Source: an uncultured Acidimicrobiia bacterium | GTDB lineage: Bacteria > Actinomycetota > Acidimicrobiia > Spongiisociales > JAOTWH01 | DNA: 64,000 bases | Reading direction: 5' to 3' | Assembly (NCBI GenBank): GCA_964195995.1 | Contig: CAXMQS010000036.1 | Span: 31,116 to 95,115 of the forward strand | Part shown: in pieces, positions 18,142 to 26,610 of the stretch | How positions within the stretch are numbered: position 1 is the first letter of the stretch | Layout: each line of letters begins with the position of its first letter | The notes under the pieces: generated by a model | The model's input: the letters and a program-made list of their open reading frames with translations, nothing else | Database searches by the model: none | Told to the model about the DNA's origin: nothing | Translations under genes and position numbers: made by a program

Positions 18142-19727
18142 CAGAAGTCGCCGATCGTTCCTGGTCGAGAGCGTTCGAGGATGGCAACAGCGGCGGTGGT
18201 CAGGATCATCAGCACTGTGCTCAGCGCGAAGGCAGACGCGAGATTGTCGGAGCCAGGCTGCGAGAGGAGGCGGAAGATGGCGATGGGGACGGTGGGGTAG
18301 TCGGGCCTGGCGACGAACGCGGTAGCGCCGAACTCGCCGAGCGAGATGGCGGCTGCGAAGGCAGCCCCGACTGCTGCAGCACGGCGGATCAAGGGAAGAT
18401 CGATCTCGCGCCACACCCGGCCGGGCGCCGCCCCCAGCACGGCTGCGGCTTCCCTGAGCCGCGGCTGTACCGAACGCAAGACCGGCAAGGAGGCCCGGAT
18501 CACGAACGGGATGGCGACAAGGGCGTGGGCGATGGGAATCAGCGCAACGGATGCCCTGATGTCGACCGGCCAGTCGAGTGCCACGATGAAGCCGAAGCCG
18601 ACGGTGACAGCCGAGGCTCCGAGGGGAAGCATCAGGAGGGCGTCGAACCAGGCGAGGCGCCGGGTGGAGATGACGGTGGATGCTGCCAGGCCGACGACGA
18701 TCGCGAGCACCACCGTGACCGCGGCAAAGCCGAGAGAGTTGCCGATCGCCTCGGTTGGCGCCACGAAGAGGGCGCTGGGGACGTCATCCAACCCGGTGAA
18801 CGCCGATAGCGACCATGAGCCACCCGGACGTAGTGCCCGCCCCACTAGAACGACGAGTGGACCGCCGAGCAATACCGCCGCCAGCCCCAGCGAGCCGCCG
18901 AGGAGCCAGCGCTCGCCGGGCGTCTCCGGCCTCCTTGCCACATGAGCTGCCGGTCGTAACACCAGACGTCGTGCCGTGCGCTCTTGATAGCGGGCGTAGG
19001 CGATCAAGATCGAAGTCACTCCTACGAGCTGGATCAGGGCCAGCACCGCAGCGGAGCGCAGGTCGAGGAATGCCGTCGTCTGGCGGTAGATCTCGACCTC
19101 GATGGTGGATAGCCGCGGTCCGCCGAGCAGCAACACGATGCCGAACGAGGTGAAGGTGAACAGGAACACGATGCTCGAGGCGGCAGCGATGGCGGGGCGC
19201 AGCAGGGGGAGTGTCACCTTGCGGAAGGCGGCGAGGCGGGAAGCTCCCAGCATCCTCGCGGCGTCGACCAGTTGTGGGTCGAGGTGCTGCCACAGGCCGC
19301 CGACCACCCGCACCACCACCGCATAGTTGTAGAAGACGTGAGCTAGCAAGATGATGGTGATGGTCCGGTCGAGGCGGACACCGGTCGTCCCGTTTGCCCC
19401 GAACAAGGCAAGGAAGGCTGTCGCCACGACGACCGTGGGGAGCATGAACGGAACGGTGATGGCGGCGCGGAAAAAGGCCTTGCCCCGAAACTCGAAGCGC
19501 GAGACGACATAGGCGGCCGGCAGCGCGATAGCCAGGGTGAGCAGCGTCGAGACGACGGCCTGCCAAGTTGTGAACCAGACGACGCCGCCGTCCACGGTGA
19601 CATCACCTGCCTGGGACAAGCCCCTCCACAGGATGCGGCCGAGTGGGTAGGCGAAGAAGTACCCGAAAAAGACCAGCGGAACGACGATGAGGGCAGATCG
19701 CCTCACCGCAACACGATCTCTGTCCAC
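18141..19727 (-). CDS. ABC importer permease, duplicated (two-domain) ThiP/FbpB-like
   Basis: 528 aa with two tandem six-TM permease domains carrying EAA-like loops. Confidence 0.8.
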   Translation of the reverse strand: MDRDRVAVRRSALIVVPLVFFGYFFAYPLGRILWRGLSQAGDVTVDGGVVWFTTWQAVVSTLLTLAIALPAAYVVSRFEFRGKAFFRAAITVPFMLPTVVVATAFLALFGANGTTGVRLDRTITIILLAHVFYNYAVVVRVVGGLWQHLDPQLVDAARMLGASRLAAFRKVTLPLLRPAIAAASSIVFLFTFTSFGIVLLLGGPRLSTIEVEIYRQTTAFLDLRSAAVLALIQLVGVTSILIAYARYQERTARRLVLRPAAHVARRPETPGERWLLGGSLGLAAVLLGGPLVVLVGRALRPGGSWSLSAFTGLDDVPSALFVAPTEAIGNSLGFAAVTVVLAIVVGLAASTVISTRRLAWFDALLMLPLGASAVTVGFGFIVALDWPVDIRASVALIPIAHALVAIPFVIRASLPVLRSVQPRLREAAAVLGAAPGRVWREIDLPLIRRAAAVGAAFAAAISLGEFGATAFVARPDYPTVPIAIFRLLSQPGSDNLASAFALSTVLMILTTAAVAILERSRPGTIGDF

Positions 19728-20719
19728 TCGCGGATCCAGGCGTCGCGGTTGGCATCGACGAAAGCTGGGTCGAAGAGTCGGACCTCGTCGGGGAATTCGG
19801 TGTAGGCGACGAAGTCGGCGGGGAGGGCGGCCTCGCTGTTAGCCGGGTACACGAACATGTTGAGGGGAATGTCTTGTTGGAACTCGATGCTAAGCATGAA
19901 GTCGATGAGTTGACGAGCCGCTGACTGGGCATCCGAACCCTCCAAGACGGCGGCGTATTCGATCTGCCGATAGCAACTGGCCCCCAGAACACCCGTCGGC
20001 GCCTGGTCGGTCGGCTCTGCGGCGAAGATGACCTCTGCCGGTGGCGAGGAGGCGTAGGAGACGACGAGGGGCCGATCTCCTCCGTACAGGCTGAAGTCTC
20101 CGCGGTAGGCCTCCTCCCATCCGGCGGCGACCAGCACGTCGTTGGCAACGAGACCGCGCCAGTAGTCCTGCCAGCCGTCGGCGCCGTACTCGTGGATGGT
20201 CGCCAGCAAGAACGCCAGGCCGGGCGACGAAGTGGCGGGGTCCTGGACCACGAGCAGGCCCGCGAACTCGGGGGAGAGCAAGTCGTCGAGGTTCTGCGGG
20301 AGGGCCCGACCGATTTCGCTGAGGGCTTCGAGGTCGTAGTTGATGCAGACGTCGCCGAAGTCGATTGGCGCCGCCCGCCCCTCAGTTCCAGCTTGGAGGT
20401 CGGCGGGCACGTGGCGGAGACCGTCGGGTTGGTAGCGGTCGAGGATGCCGGCGTCGAGAGCTCGGCCGAGGAGGGCGTTGTCGACGCCGAAGATGACATC
20501 TGCCAGCGGATTGTCCTTGGTGAGGATCGCCTGATTGACGACCGCACCGGCGTCCCCGGAGCGCAGAACCTTGACGGTGATGCCGGTCTCGGCGGTGAAA
20601 GCCGCCAGCACGTCGTCGGAGACCGCGAACGAATCATGAGTGAGCAGCGTCACCGTGTCCGCACTCGATCCACCACACGAGGCGCCGACGAGGATCACGA
20701 TGGCGGCGAGGCGCTTCAT
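19703..20719 (-). CDS. thiamine/iron-type periplasmic substrate-binding lipoprotein (ThiB/TbpA-like)
   Basis: Lipoprotein signal MKRLAAIVILVGASCGG. ThiB-like fold motifs. It follows the thiamine pyrophosphokinase gene behind a TPP riboswitch. Confidence 0.7.
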   Translation of the reverse strand: MKRLAAIVILVGASCGGSSADTVTLLTHDSFAVSDDVLAAFTAETGITVKVLRSGDAGAVVNQAILTKDNPLADVIFGVDNALLGRALDAGILDRYQPDGLRHVPADLQAGTEGRAAPIDFGDVCINYDLEALSEIGRALPQNLDDLLSPEFAGLLVVQDPATSSPGLAFLLATIHEYGADGWQDYWRGLVANDVLVAAGWEEAYRGDFSLYGGDRPLVVSYASSPPAEVIFAAEPTDQAPTGVLGASCYRQIEYAAVLEGSDAQSAARQLIDFMLSIEFQQDIPLNMFVYPANSEAALPADFVAYTEFPDEVRLFDPAFVDANRDAWIREWTEIVLR

Positions 20720-21339
20720 GTCCGGTGGAGGGCTAGGACACAGCCCGCGGTGACTGTCACCGTGGCAGTGACAGCGTCGAGCTCATTGCTGACCCCGCGG
20801 GTGGTGCCCGGCGCGAGCTCCTCGTTGTCGAGTCCCCACCTGAGGCCGGAGGTCGTGACTGTGGCAGGTTCCCCGATGGCGAGCAGAGTGACCTGGTCGC
20901 CGATGGCGCCGACGATCGTGTAGTCCTGGCGAACAACCGCAGCGTGGTAGGAGTCGACGAACCATTCGACGGATGCGGTCTGGTAGCGGTCGGAAGCCAG
21001 CAAGGCGGCATTTGCCAACAGATGGTCCAAGCGTCCGCCACCCCCGCCGACCACGACGATGGAGGAGGCGCCTCTCGTCATCGCGGCGTCTAATGCGAGC
21101 TCGAGGTCAGTGGCGTCTTTATCACTGGGGCGTCGGTCGATGGCGACGCCGGCTGCTTCGACTTGTGCAAGGAGACCTGGTTCGACGGAGTCCATGTCGC
21201 CGATGACGAGGTCGGGAGTGAGCCCGAGCGGCGCCGCCAGCGCCAGGCCGGAGTCCGCGGCGATGACGCCATCGGGGGAGGGGAGGGCCGGCAGTAGGCG
21301 CGGTGCCTCGCCTCCTGCCAAGACGATGATTGTGCCCAC
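20716..21339 (-). CDS. thiamine pyrophosphokinase
   Basis: VIGDMDS…RPSDKDATDLELAL motifs. The proposed start is GTG at 21339, 7 nt after GGAGGA. The ORF-track ATG at 21357 lies inside the conserved riboswitch core. Confidence 0.7.
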   Translation of the reverse strand: MGTIIVLAGGEAPRLLPALPSPDGVIAADSGLALAAPLGLTPDLVIGDMDSVEPGLLAQVEAAGVAIDRRPSDKDATDLELALDAAMTRGASSIVVVGGGGGRLDHLLANAALLASDRYQTASVEWFVDSYHAAVVRQDYTIVGAIGDQVTLLAIGEPATVTTSGLRWGLDNEELAPGTTRGVSNELDAVTATVTVTAGCVLALHRT

Positions 21340-21436
21340 AGGTTCCTCCGCTGGCATTACCCAGATCAGGTTCGGTGGGTCGGTGGCGCCTGTAAGGCCA
21401 CCCTCTCAGCCCGGCTGCCCGAGCTCCCCAGTGACG
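21338..21436 (-). ncRNA. TPP (thiamine pyrophosphate) riboswitch
   Basis: The reverse complement reads CACUGGGGAGCUCGGGCAGCCGGGCUGAGAGGGUGGCCUUACAGGCGCCACCGACCCACCGAACCUGAUCUGGGUAAUGCCAGCGGAGGAACC. This contains the GGGG(U/A)GC…GCUGAGA and ACCUGAUCUGGGUAAUGCCAGCG…GGA thi-box elements. Confidence 0.8.
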
Positions 21437-21457
21437 GCCCCAATGGTACAGCAGTTC

Positions 21458-21506
21458 GCCCCTCCAGGGCGAGGTGGCCGAGCACAGCGAGGTCTGAGGG
21501 GGTCGA
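21458..21506 (-). repeat. GC-rich double-hairpin repeat unit (copy E, type 1, minus orientation)
   Basis: The reverse complement reads gaccccctcagacctcgctgtgctcggccacctcgccctggagggg, matching copies A and C. It lies between the riboswitch and the AT-rich promoter region. Confidence 0.6.
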
Positions 21507-21536
21507 ACTGCGGAAATGAATAGTTGAGAAAACCAC

Positions 21537-21575
21537 TTGACAAGGTGACATCATTATGACATCATCATGACATCA
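21537..21575 (+). promoter_or_regulatory. AT-rich promoter region with TTGACA and three 11-bp-phased direct repeats TGACATCA
   Basis: ttgaca at 21537-21542. tgacatca at 21546, 21557 and 21568, with exact 11-bp spacing. Local GC is near 45% in a genome of roughly 68% GC. Confidence 0.35.
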
Positions 21576-21595
21576 AGAGCCCACTAGGAGGGGAA

Positions 21596-21679
21596 ATGTA
21601 CAGCCAAACACTCACACCAGCCTTCATCCAGACCATCCAGATCGCACGCAGGGCCGACACAGCCCACATCGAGAGGTAA
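21596..21679 (+). CDS. micro-ORF 1 (27 aa), paralogue of micro-ORF 2
   Basis: ATG 6 nt after AGGAGGGG. MYSQTLTPAFIQTIQIARRADTAHIER. The paralogue pair differs mostly at synonymous codon positions. Confidence 0.45.
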   Translation: MYSQTLTPAFIQTIQIARRADTAHIER

Positions 21680-21681
21680 TC

Positions 21682-21774
21682 ATGCATAGCCAAGCACTGA
21701 CACCAACGCTCGTCAGAGCAGTCCAGACAGCCCGCAGGGCGGATGTCGCCCACATAGAGCGCACCAGCAGATGA
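21682..21774 (+). CDS. micro-ORF 2 (30 aa), paralogue of micro-ORF 1
   Basis: ATG 6 nt after GAGAGG. MHSQALTPTLVRAVQTARRADVAHIERTSR. ATGA overlap with the next gene. Confidence 0.45.
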   Translation: MHSQALTPTLVRAVQTARRADVAHIERTSR

Positions 21775-22220
21775 ACATCGAAGCTTCAGTCGTTGCCTTC
21801 GAGGAGACGCTGGCACAGCAGGCCACCCTCGGGGGAGACGCCGTTGAGGAGGCTGCTGGGGCCCTCCTTCAGGCCGTGCGGCCGGCGGTCGAGCGCCTGG
21901 CGCTATCGATAGCCGAGGACGCGGCACAAGAAGTCGCAGCCCAGATCCCGGATGCCACCGTTCGGGTCGTGATCGAAGAAGGATCGCCTGCTCTCATGGT
22001 CGAACGCCAAGAGACCGAGGAAGCGGCCGCATTCAAGGGGGAAGACCTCGAAGCCCGGCTCACGCTGCGCCTGCCGACGGCATTGAAGGGCGCTATCGAA
22101 GATGCAGCCGCTGAGGCTGGCGCATCTGTCAACAGTCAAGTAGTAGACGCACTGGGGAAGGCACTGCACCGTCACCAGCGGAGCAGCACTCGCCGCTTCA
22201 CCGGGACGATCGAAACATGA
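21771..22220 (+). CDS. acidic Ala-rich protein with C-terminal ribbon-helix-helix (Arc/CopG/HicB-like) domain
   Basis: C-terminus ARLTLRLPTALKGAIEDAAAEAGASVNSQVVDALGKAL is a strand-helix-helix RHH signature. ATGA overlaps on both sides. Confidence 0.55.
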   Translation: MNIEASVVAFEETLAQQATLGGDAVEEAAGALLQAVRPAVERLALSIAEDAAQEVAAQIPDATVRVVIEEGSPALMVERQETEEAAAFKGEDLEARLTLRLPTALKGAIEDAAAEAGASVNSQVVDALGKALHRHQRSSTRRFTGTIET

Positions 22221-22984
22221 GCCAATTCGAGAAGAGTTTTGCGATCAGCGGTCGCGCCCGGCTGGAGATCAAGATCAAGTCCGGCGACATTCGCGTTCGG
22301 GAAAGCGCCACCGGCGACGTCGTTGTCATGCTTGACGGATCAGACAAGTGGTTGGAGCGCATCGCCGTCGATCAGATCGGCGATGACATCGTCCGCATCG
22401 AGGGATCGGGTCGCACCGGACTGCTCGGCAGAGTCGAAGTTGTGGTGTCCGTCCCCGCCGGCTCCGACGTTGATGTCAAGGTCGGGTCGGCTGATGTGTT
22501 CGTCGACGTGGAGGTCACCGATCTGCGCGTCGGGGTCGGCTCGGGCGATGTGAGAGCCGGGCTCGTGAGTGGCAACGCCGCGATCAAGGCCGGATCTGGT
22601 GACGTTCACCTCGACGAAGTGCGAGGCGACTTCGATGTTTCGGTCGCCTCGGGAGACGTTCGCGTCAGGGAAGTGCGAGGAGACGTCAAGACCAAGGGGG
22701 CGTCGGGGGACATCATGTTGGACAGAGTTGGCGGTCGCGTCGATGGAAGCACTGCGTCGGGGGACATCACCATCAGGGCGTTCGAGGGCCGGGACCTGCG
22801 GGTAACCGCCTTGGCCGGAGACATCACGCTAGGCATCCCGTCCGGCCGCACGCTGGATGTTGCGCTGCAGACGATGTCGGGAGACGTCATCAACGACCTC
22901 GGGGAAGCATCGGACGAGCGCAGCGGCGCGGCGTCGCTTCGGGTGAAGACGATGGCGGGCGATATCCGACTCAAGCCCGCCTAG
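22217..22984 (+). CDS. DUF4097 (LiaF/YvlB-like) beta-helix repeat protein
   Basis: Many repeats of SGD(V/I)xV / GSGDVR, typical of DUF4097 putative adhesin domains. Confidence 0.7.
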   Translation: MSQFEKSFAISGRARLEIKIKSGDIRVRESATGDVVVMLDGSDKWLERIAVDQIGDDIVRIEGSGRTGLLGRVEVVVSVPAGSDVDVKVGSADVFVDVEVTDLRVGVGSGDVRAGLVSGNAAIKAGSGDVHLDEVRGDFDVSVASGDVRVREVRGDVKTKGASGDIMLDRVGGRVDGSTASGDITIRAFEGRDLRVTALAGDITLGIPSGRTLDVALQTMSGDVINDLGEASDERSGAASLRVKTMAGDIRLKPA

Positions 22985-23760
22985 GCGGCAGGAGGCCGCG
23001 GCAAGAAGGCGCTTGTCCGCCGGATGTATTCCACATAGGCGGGTCGACGCTTGGTGATGGTGCGCTCCAGCATGGCAACGCCGGACACCCGCACCAGCAG
23101 ATAGCTCATCAGAAGAGGCCCGATGAAGGTCCACCACGGCTCGATCGTTCCGAGGGCGACCAGGTAGAGGCCCCACCACACCAGGAAGTCCCCGAAGTAG
23201 TTGGGGTGTCGGGTGTAGCGCCACAGGCCGCGGTCCATCACTTGGCCCGCGTTAGCGGGGTCGGCCTTGAAGCGGGCCAGCTGGATATCACCGATCGTCT
23301 CGAAGAGGAGTCCCGCGGTCCACAGCGCCGCGCCCAACGCCACGGACGGCCAGAAGGTGTCGGCGCCGTCGGCTGCCATCGCCACCTGGACCGGTAGCGA
23401 TACCACCCACATGATCGCGCCCTGGAGAGCGAAGACCGTGAAGAGGCTCACCCACCAGAAGCGGCCGCCCCAGTGGCGGCGCATTGCCTGATAGCGAGCA
23501 TCCTCGCCCTTGCCTATGTTGCGCCAGGCCAGGTAGCCGCCAAGCCGCAGCCCCCACACGGTGACGAGCACAGCTACCACGAGATGGCGTACCTCGGCTA
23601 CCTCTGCCGTCACGAAAGACACCCAGGCCACCAGCACGAACCCCGGGCCCCAGAAGATGTCGACGATGCTGGCGTCTCGCAGAATCAGGCTCAGCAGCCA
23701 CAACCCCACCACAGCCGCGCCGATGACCACTGCCGCCATGACAAGAACGTCGACCATCAC
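22981..23760 (-). CDS. DUF1295 / steroid 5-alpha-reductase-like membrane protein
   Basis: Polytopic membrane protein with the C-terminal motif RHPNYFGDFLVWWG, shared by the ICMT/DUF1295 family. Confidence 0.65.
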   Translation of the reverse strand: MMVDVLVMAAVVIGAAVVGLWLLSLILRDASIVDIFWGPGFVLVAWVSFVTAEVAEVRHLVVAVLVTVWGLRLGGYLAWRNIGKGEDARYQAMRRHWGGRFWWVSLFTVFALQGAIMWVVSLPVQVAMAADGADTFWPSVALGAALWTAGLLFETIGDIQLARFKADPANAGQVMDRGLWRYTRHPNYFGDFLVWWGLYLVALGTIEPWWTFIGPLLMSYLLVRVSGVAMLERTITKRRPAYVEYIRRTSAFLPRPPAA

Positions 23761-24767
23761 AGGCGGGCGTCGATCCAGTCATCGACTTGCTGCCACTCAG
23801 CCATCAGCCACGCCGTTCGTTCGGCCCGGTCGGTCGGAACCTCGCTGCGAGGTATGCGGCGGAATTCGATCTGGAGGTGGCGTCCGGTGATGGAGCCGCT
23901 CCAGATGTCACCGAGGCTGGAGAGGCCGTCCAGGCCGACATGGGAGGCGATCACGATGTCGGCGTCGGGCGCGCCGTCGAGGGCGGCCAGTGTCCCGGCG
24001 GGGCGGGGGGGAAGAGTGTGGCGCAACCTCGCTGCGGTCGCCTGAGCCTCTGGGTCCTTCTGCAGTCGACGCAGGGCCCGCTGTCGCTTCTCGGGGGTGA
24101 AGCGGGTGCCCTCAGGAAAGATCATCACACCGCCGCGATCGCCGAGATCTGTGGCGAGGCGCCTGATCGCGGCAACCTCGTCTGCCGTCCTACCTCGCCT
24201 GTTGACGAAGTAGTTCGGCAACCGCTTACCGCCGATGTCGAGGGCTGCCTCGGACAACAGCTCTCGTTTGATCAACCAGCGGATCCGGATCTTGTAGGGA
24301 TCTCCCATGACGAAGACGAGCGGCAGCAGGTTGTCCACGATGCTGGCATGGCGGAAGAGCAGAATGATCGGAGCAGGCTCCAGCGCCTCGATGCCGGTAA
24401 CGGTTGTCTTCAGTCCCAAGAGAAAGCTGGCCGAGCGGAAGGTGGCTGCACCCCACCACCGCTGGACGGCGTATGCCGAATCGAGGAGAACCTTGTCACT
24501 GCGCCCGAACCCTGCCGCCAACCAGCCGATGAAGAAGCCGATGACGCCAAGTGTCGACAGCGCGAGGTAGGTCCACCCGAATGCCAGCATGCGAATCGCC
24601 ATGAAGGGGGTGCGGTTCCTGAGCCAGCGGAAGACATCGACGATTAGGGCCAGCGGGAGCCACAGCGGCGCCAGCAGGGTGACGACGATGAGGAGGAGAA
24701 AGAGCCGGGGGATGGTGATGAGCCGACGGCGGATGCAGGCGCCGCGGGTCTCGAAGGTCTGTTTCAC
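23757..24767 (-). CDS. membrane-anchored lysophospholipid acyltransferase (PlsC-like)
   Basis: N-terminal TM helices, then HASIVD (HX4D) and FPEGTR motifs. 4-nt overlap with the downstream gene. Confidence 0.7.
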   Translation of the reverse strand: MKQTFETRGACIRRRLITIPRLFLLLIVVTLLAPLWLPLALIVDVFRWLRNRTPFMAIRMLAFGWTYLALSTLGVIGFFIGWLAAGFGRSDKVLLDSAYAVQRWWGAATFRSASFLLGLKTTVTGIEALEPAPIILLFRHASIVDNLLPLVFVMGDPYKIRIRWLIKRELLSEAALDIGGKRLPNYFVNRRGRTADEVAAIRRLATDLGDRGGVMIFPEGTRFTPEKRQRALRRLQKDPEAQATAARLRHTLPPRPAGTLAALDGAPDADIVIASHVGLDGLSSLGDIWSGSITGRHLQIEFRRIPRSEVPTDRAERTAWLMAEWQQVDDWIDARL

Positions 24768-24790
24768 AAGGTGATGCTATTGAGCATGGC

Positions 24791-25555
24791 CTAGCTGTGC
24801 TCTCCTACGGCGTACGGGAGCAGTTCCTCGATGGTCGGCAACGCCTCCTCGGCGAAGATGGCATGACCCTGCCCCGAGACGTGGAACTGGTCCCCTGCCC
24901 ACAGATCGAGATCACCCGAGGCAAAGGCGGTCGACATGCGTCCCCAGTTCTCGGTCTTGGCTGCCCTGTCGAACTGCTCGGCGACCCGAGAAGCAGCGTC
25001 ATCGATGCGGCGGGCCCTGAAGGTCAGGAACGGTTGCAGGCTTCTTGGGAGACGGGGGATGGTGCCGAGGTCTCCAACCCCCATGACCGCTACTGCGCCT
25101 GAGACGTTATGCAGAGCTCCCACGATGGTGGTTAGGTCGGCCTCGTATGAGCTCACTGGGGTGGCCCGGATGGCGTCGTTGGCGCCGACGGATACGAATG
25201 CCAGATCAGGTCGCTGTGCAACCGCCGCTTCGAGCTGCCCGTCGATGACGTCACGGGCCTTGGAGCCGCCGACGGCCAGCGACGTCAGGTCGATGAAGTA
25301 GCGGCCCGAGAGATGGATGGCGATCCGCCGCACGAAGCAGTCGTCGACGTTGTCGACGCCGGGGCAGGTGATGGAGGAGTCACCGATCGCCACCATGCGG
25401 AGCTTGGTGTCTCCCGGGTGACCGAACGTGCCCGACGTCTCCTGGTTGCCAAAGCTCGGCAGGTCCTTGCGATGGCCGGCGCGGTAGACCTGAGATGCGA
25501 CGTACGCCAGTCCGGCGACGGGAAGGGCGACGATGGGCTTGGGGACTTTGGCCAT
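24791..25555 (-). CDS. SGNH/GDSL hydrolase family protein
   Basis: Block I IGDSS and later GANDA / DxxH-like blocks. N-terminal hydrophobic segment. Confidence 0.7.
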   Translation of the reverse strand: MAKVPKPIVALPVAGLAYVASQVYRAGHRKDLPSFGNQETSGTFGHPGDTKLRMVAIGDSSITCPGVDNVDDCFVRRIAIHLSGRYFIDLTSLAVGGSKARDVIDGQLEAAVAQRPDLAFVSVGANDAIRATPVSSYEADLTTIVGALHNVSGAVAVMGVGDLGTIPRLPRSLQPFLTFRARRIDDAASRVAEQFDRAAKTENWGRMSTAFASGDLDLWAGDQFHVSGQGHAIFAEEALPTIEELLPYAVGEHS

Positions 25556-25574
25556 GAAGGGAGAAGGTTAGGAG

Positions 25575-25844
25575 CTAGGCAGACCAGTCGAACAGAAGGC
25601 TTCCGGCCTGGACGAAGAGGACCCAGAACAACAGAGCCGCCGGGGCCGCGGCCAACGCCCACTTCGAGTTCGCACGCACCAGCCGGATGCAAACCACAAG
25701 CCCCACCAGCCAGGCTCCCCAGAGAACGGGGACAACTGCAAAAGGAACGACAAGGCCAGACGGCAAGTACGGCAGGACACCGACGCCCAGATAGGCGACG
25801 ACTGCCACCGCCCCGACAACTCGGTCTCGGGTCCATGCCTTCAT
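25575..25844 (-). CDS. small membrane protein (two or three TM helices)
   Basis: 89-aa ORF with hydrophobic helices, positioned upstream of the SGNH gene. No family assigned. Confidence 0.4.
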   Translation of the reverse strand: MKAWTRDRVVGAVAVVAYLGVGVLPYLPSGLVVPFAVVPVLWGAWLVGLVVCIRLVRANSKWALAAAPAALLFWVLFVQAGSLLFDWSA

Positions 25845-25887
25845 GCCATGACCCTAAGAGCCTCGCGTTGGCGAGCCTGACTGCTCT

Positions 25888-26610
25888 CTACTCAACCTCT
25901 CCCAGATACGCCTGGCGCATCTGGGGGTTGGCCAGCAGGTTGGCGGCGGTGTCGGCGAGCACGATCTGGCCCGTTTGCAGCACGTAGCCGCGGTGGGCGA
26001 TCGACAGCGCCATGTTGGCGTTCTGCTCGACGACGAAGACTGTGGTCCCCGCCTCGTTGATCTGTTTGATGATCTCGAAGTTGGTTGCGACCAGAACAGG
26101 GGCCAAGCCCATGGACGGCTCGTCCATCAGCAGGATCTTTGGTTTGGCCATCAGCGCTCTACCGACGGCAACCATCTGTTGCTCGCCGCCGGACAGGGTT
26201 CCAGCCTTCTGGGCGAGTCGCTCTTTGATCCGGGGGAACAATTCGAAGATACGGTCGTAGTCGGCATCGAGGTCGTCTGAAGACGGCCGCAGGAAGGCGC
26301 CGATCTCGAGATTCTCCTTGACGGTCATCCGCTTGAAAAGACGCCGGTTCTCCGGAACCATCGAGATGCCCCTGCTCACGATCTGGGCTGTCGACATGCC
26401 CGAGATGTCTTCACCGTCGAGCACCACCGAGCCGGAGGACGGAGCCACCATGCCGAGGATGGTCTTCAGCGTCGTGGTCTTGCCAGAGGCGTTGCCGCCG
26501 AGGAGGCTGGTGATCTCGCCCGCGTAGATCTGGATGTCGACATTCTTGAGGATGTGAACGGGTCCGTAGTGGGTGTTGACGTTGCGGAATTCGAGGATCG
26601 GCTCGCTCAT
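25888..26610 (-). CDS. livF: branched-chain amino acid ABC transporter ATP-binding protein LivF
   Basis: GGNASGKTT, LSGGEQQMVAVGRAL, LLMDEPSMGLAP. 4-nt overlap with livG. Confidence 0.85.
   Translation of the reverse strand: MSEPILEFRNVNTHYGPVHILKNVDIQIYAGEITSLLGGNASGKTTTLKTILGMVAPSSGSVVLDGEDISGMSTAQIVSRGISMVPENRRLFKRMTVKENLEIGAFLRPSSDDLDADYDRIFELFPRIKERLAQKAGTLSGGEQQMVAVGRALMAKPKILLMDEPSMGLAPVLVATNFEIIKQINEAGTTVFVVEQNANMALSIAHRGYVLQTGQIVLADTAANLLANPQMRQAYLGEVE

Noticed and set aside
21339-21357. ATG at 21357 as start of the thiamine pyrophosphokinase gene
   Set aside because: That AUG is part of the universally conserved UAAUGCCAGCG riboswitch core. The downstream GTG with an SD is the more plausible start.
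21565-21927. 120-aa minus-strand ORF spanning the AT-rich island and the micro-ORFs
   Set aside because: It runs antisense to the better-supported micro-ORF/RHH operon, which has strong SDs and ATGA coupling. It has no recognisable features.
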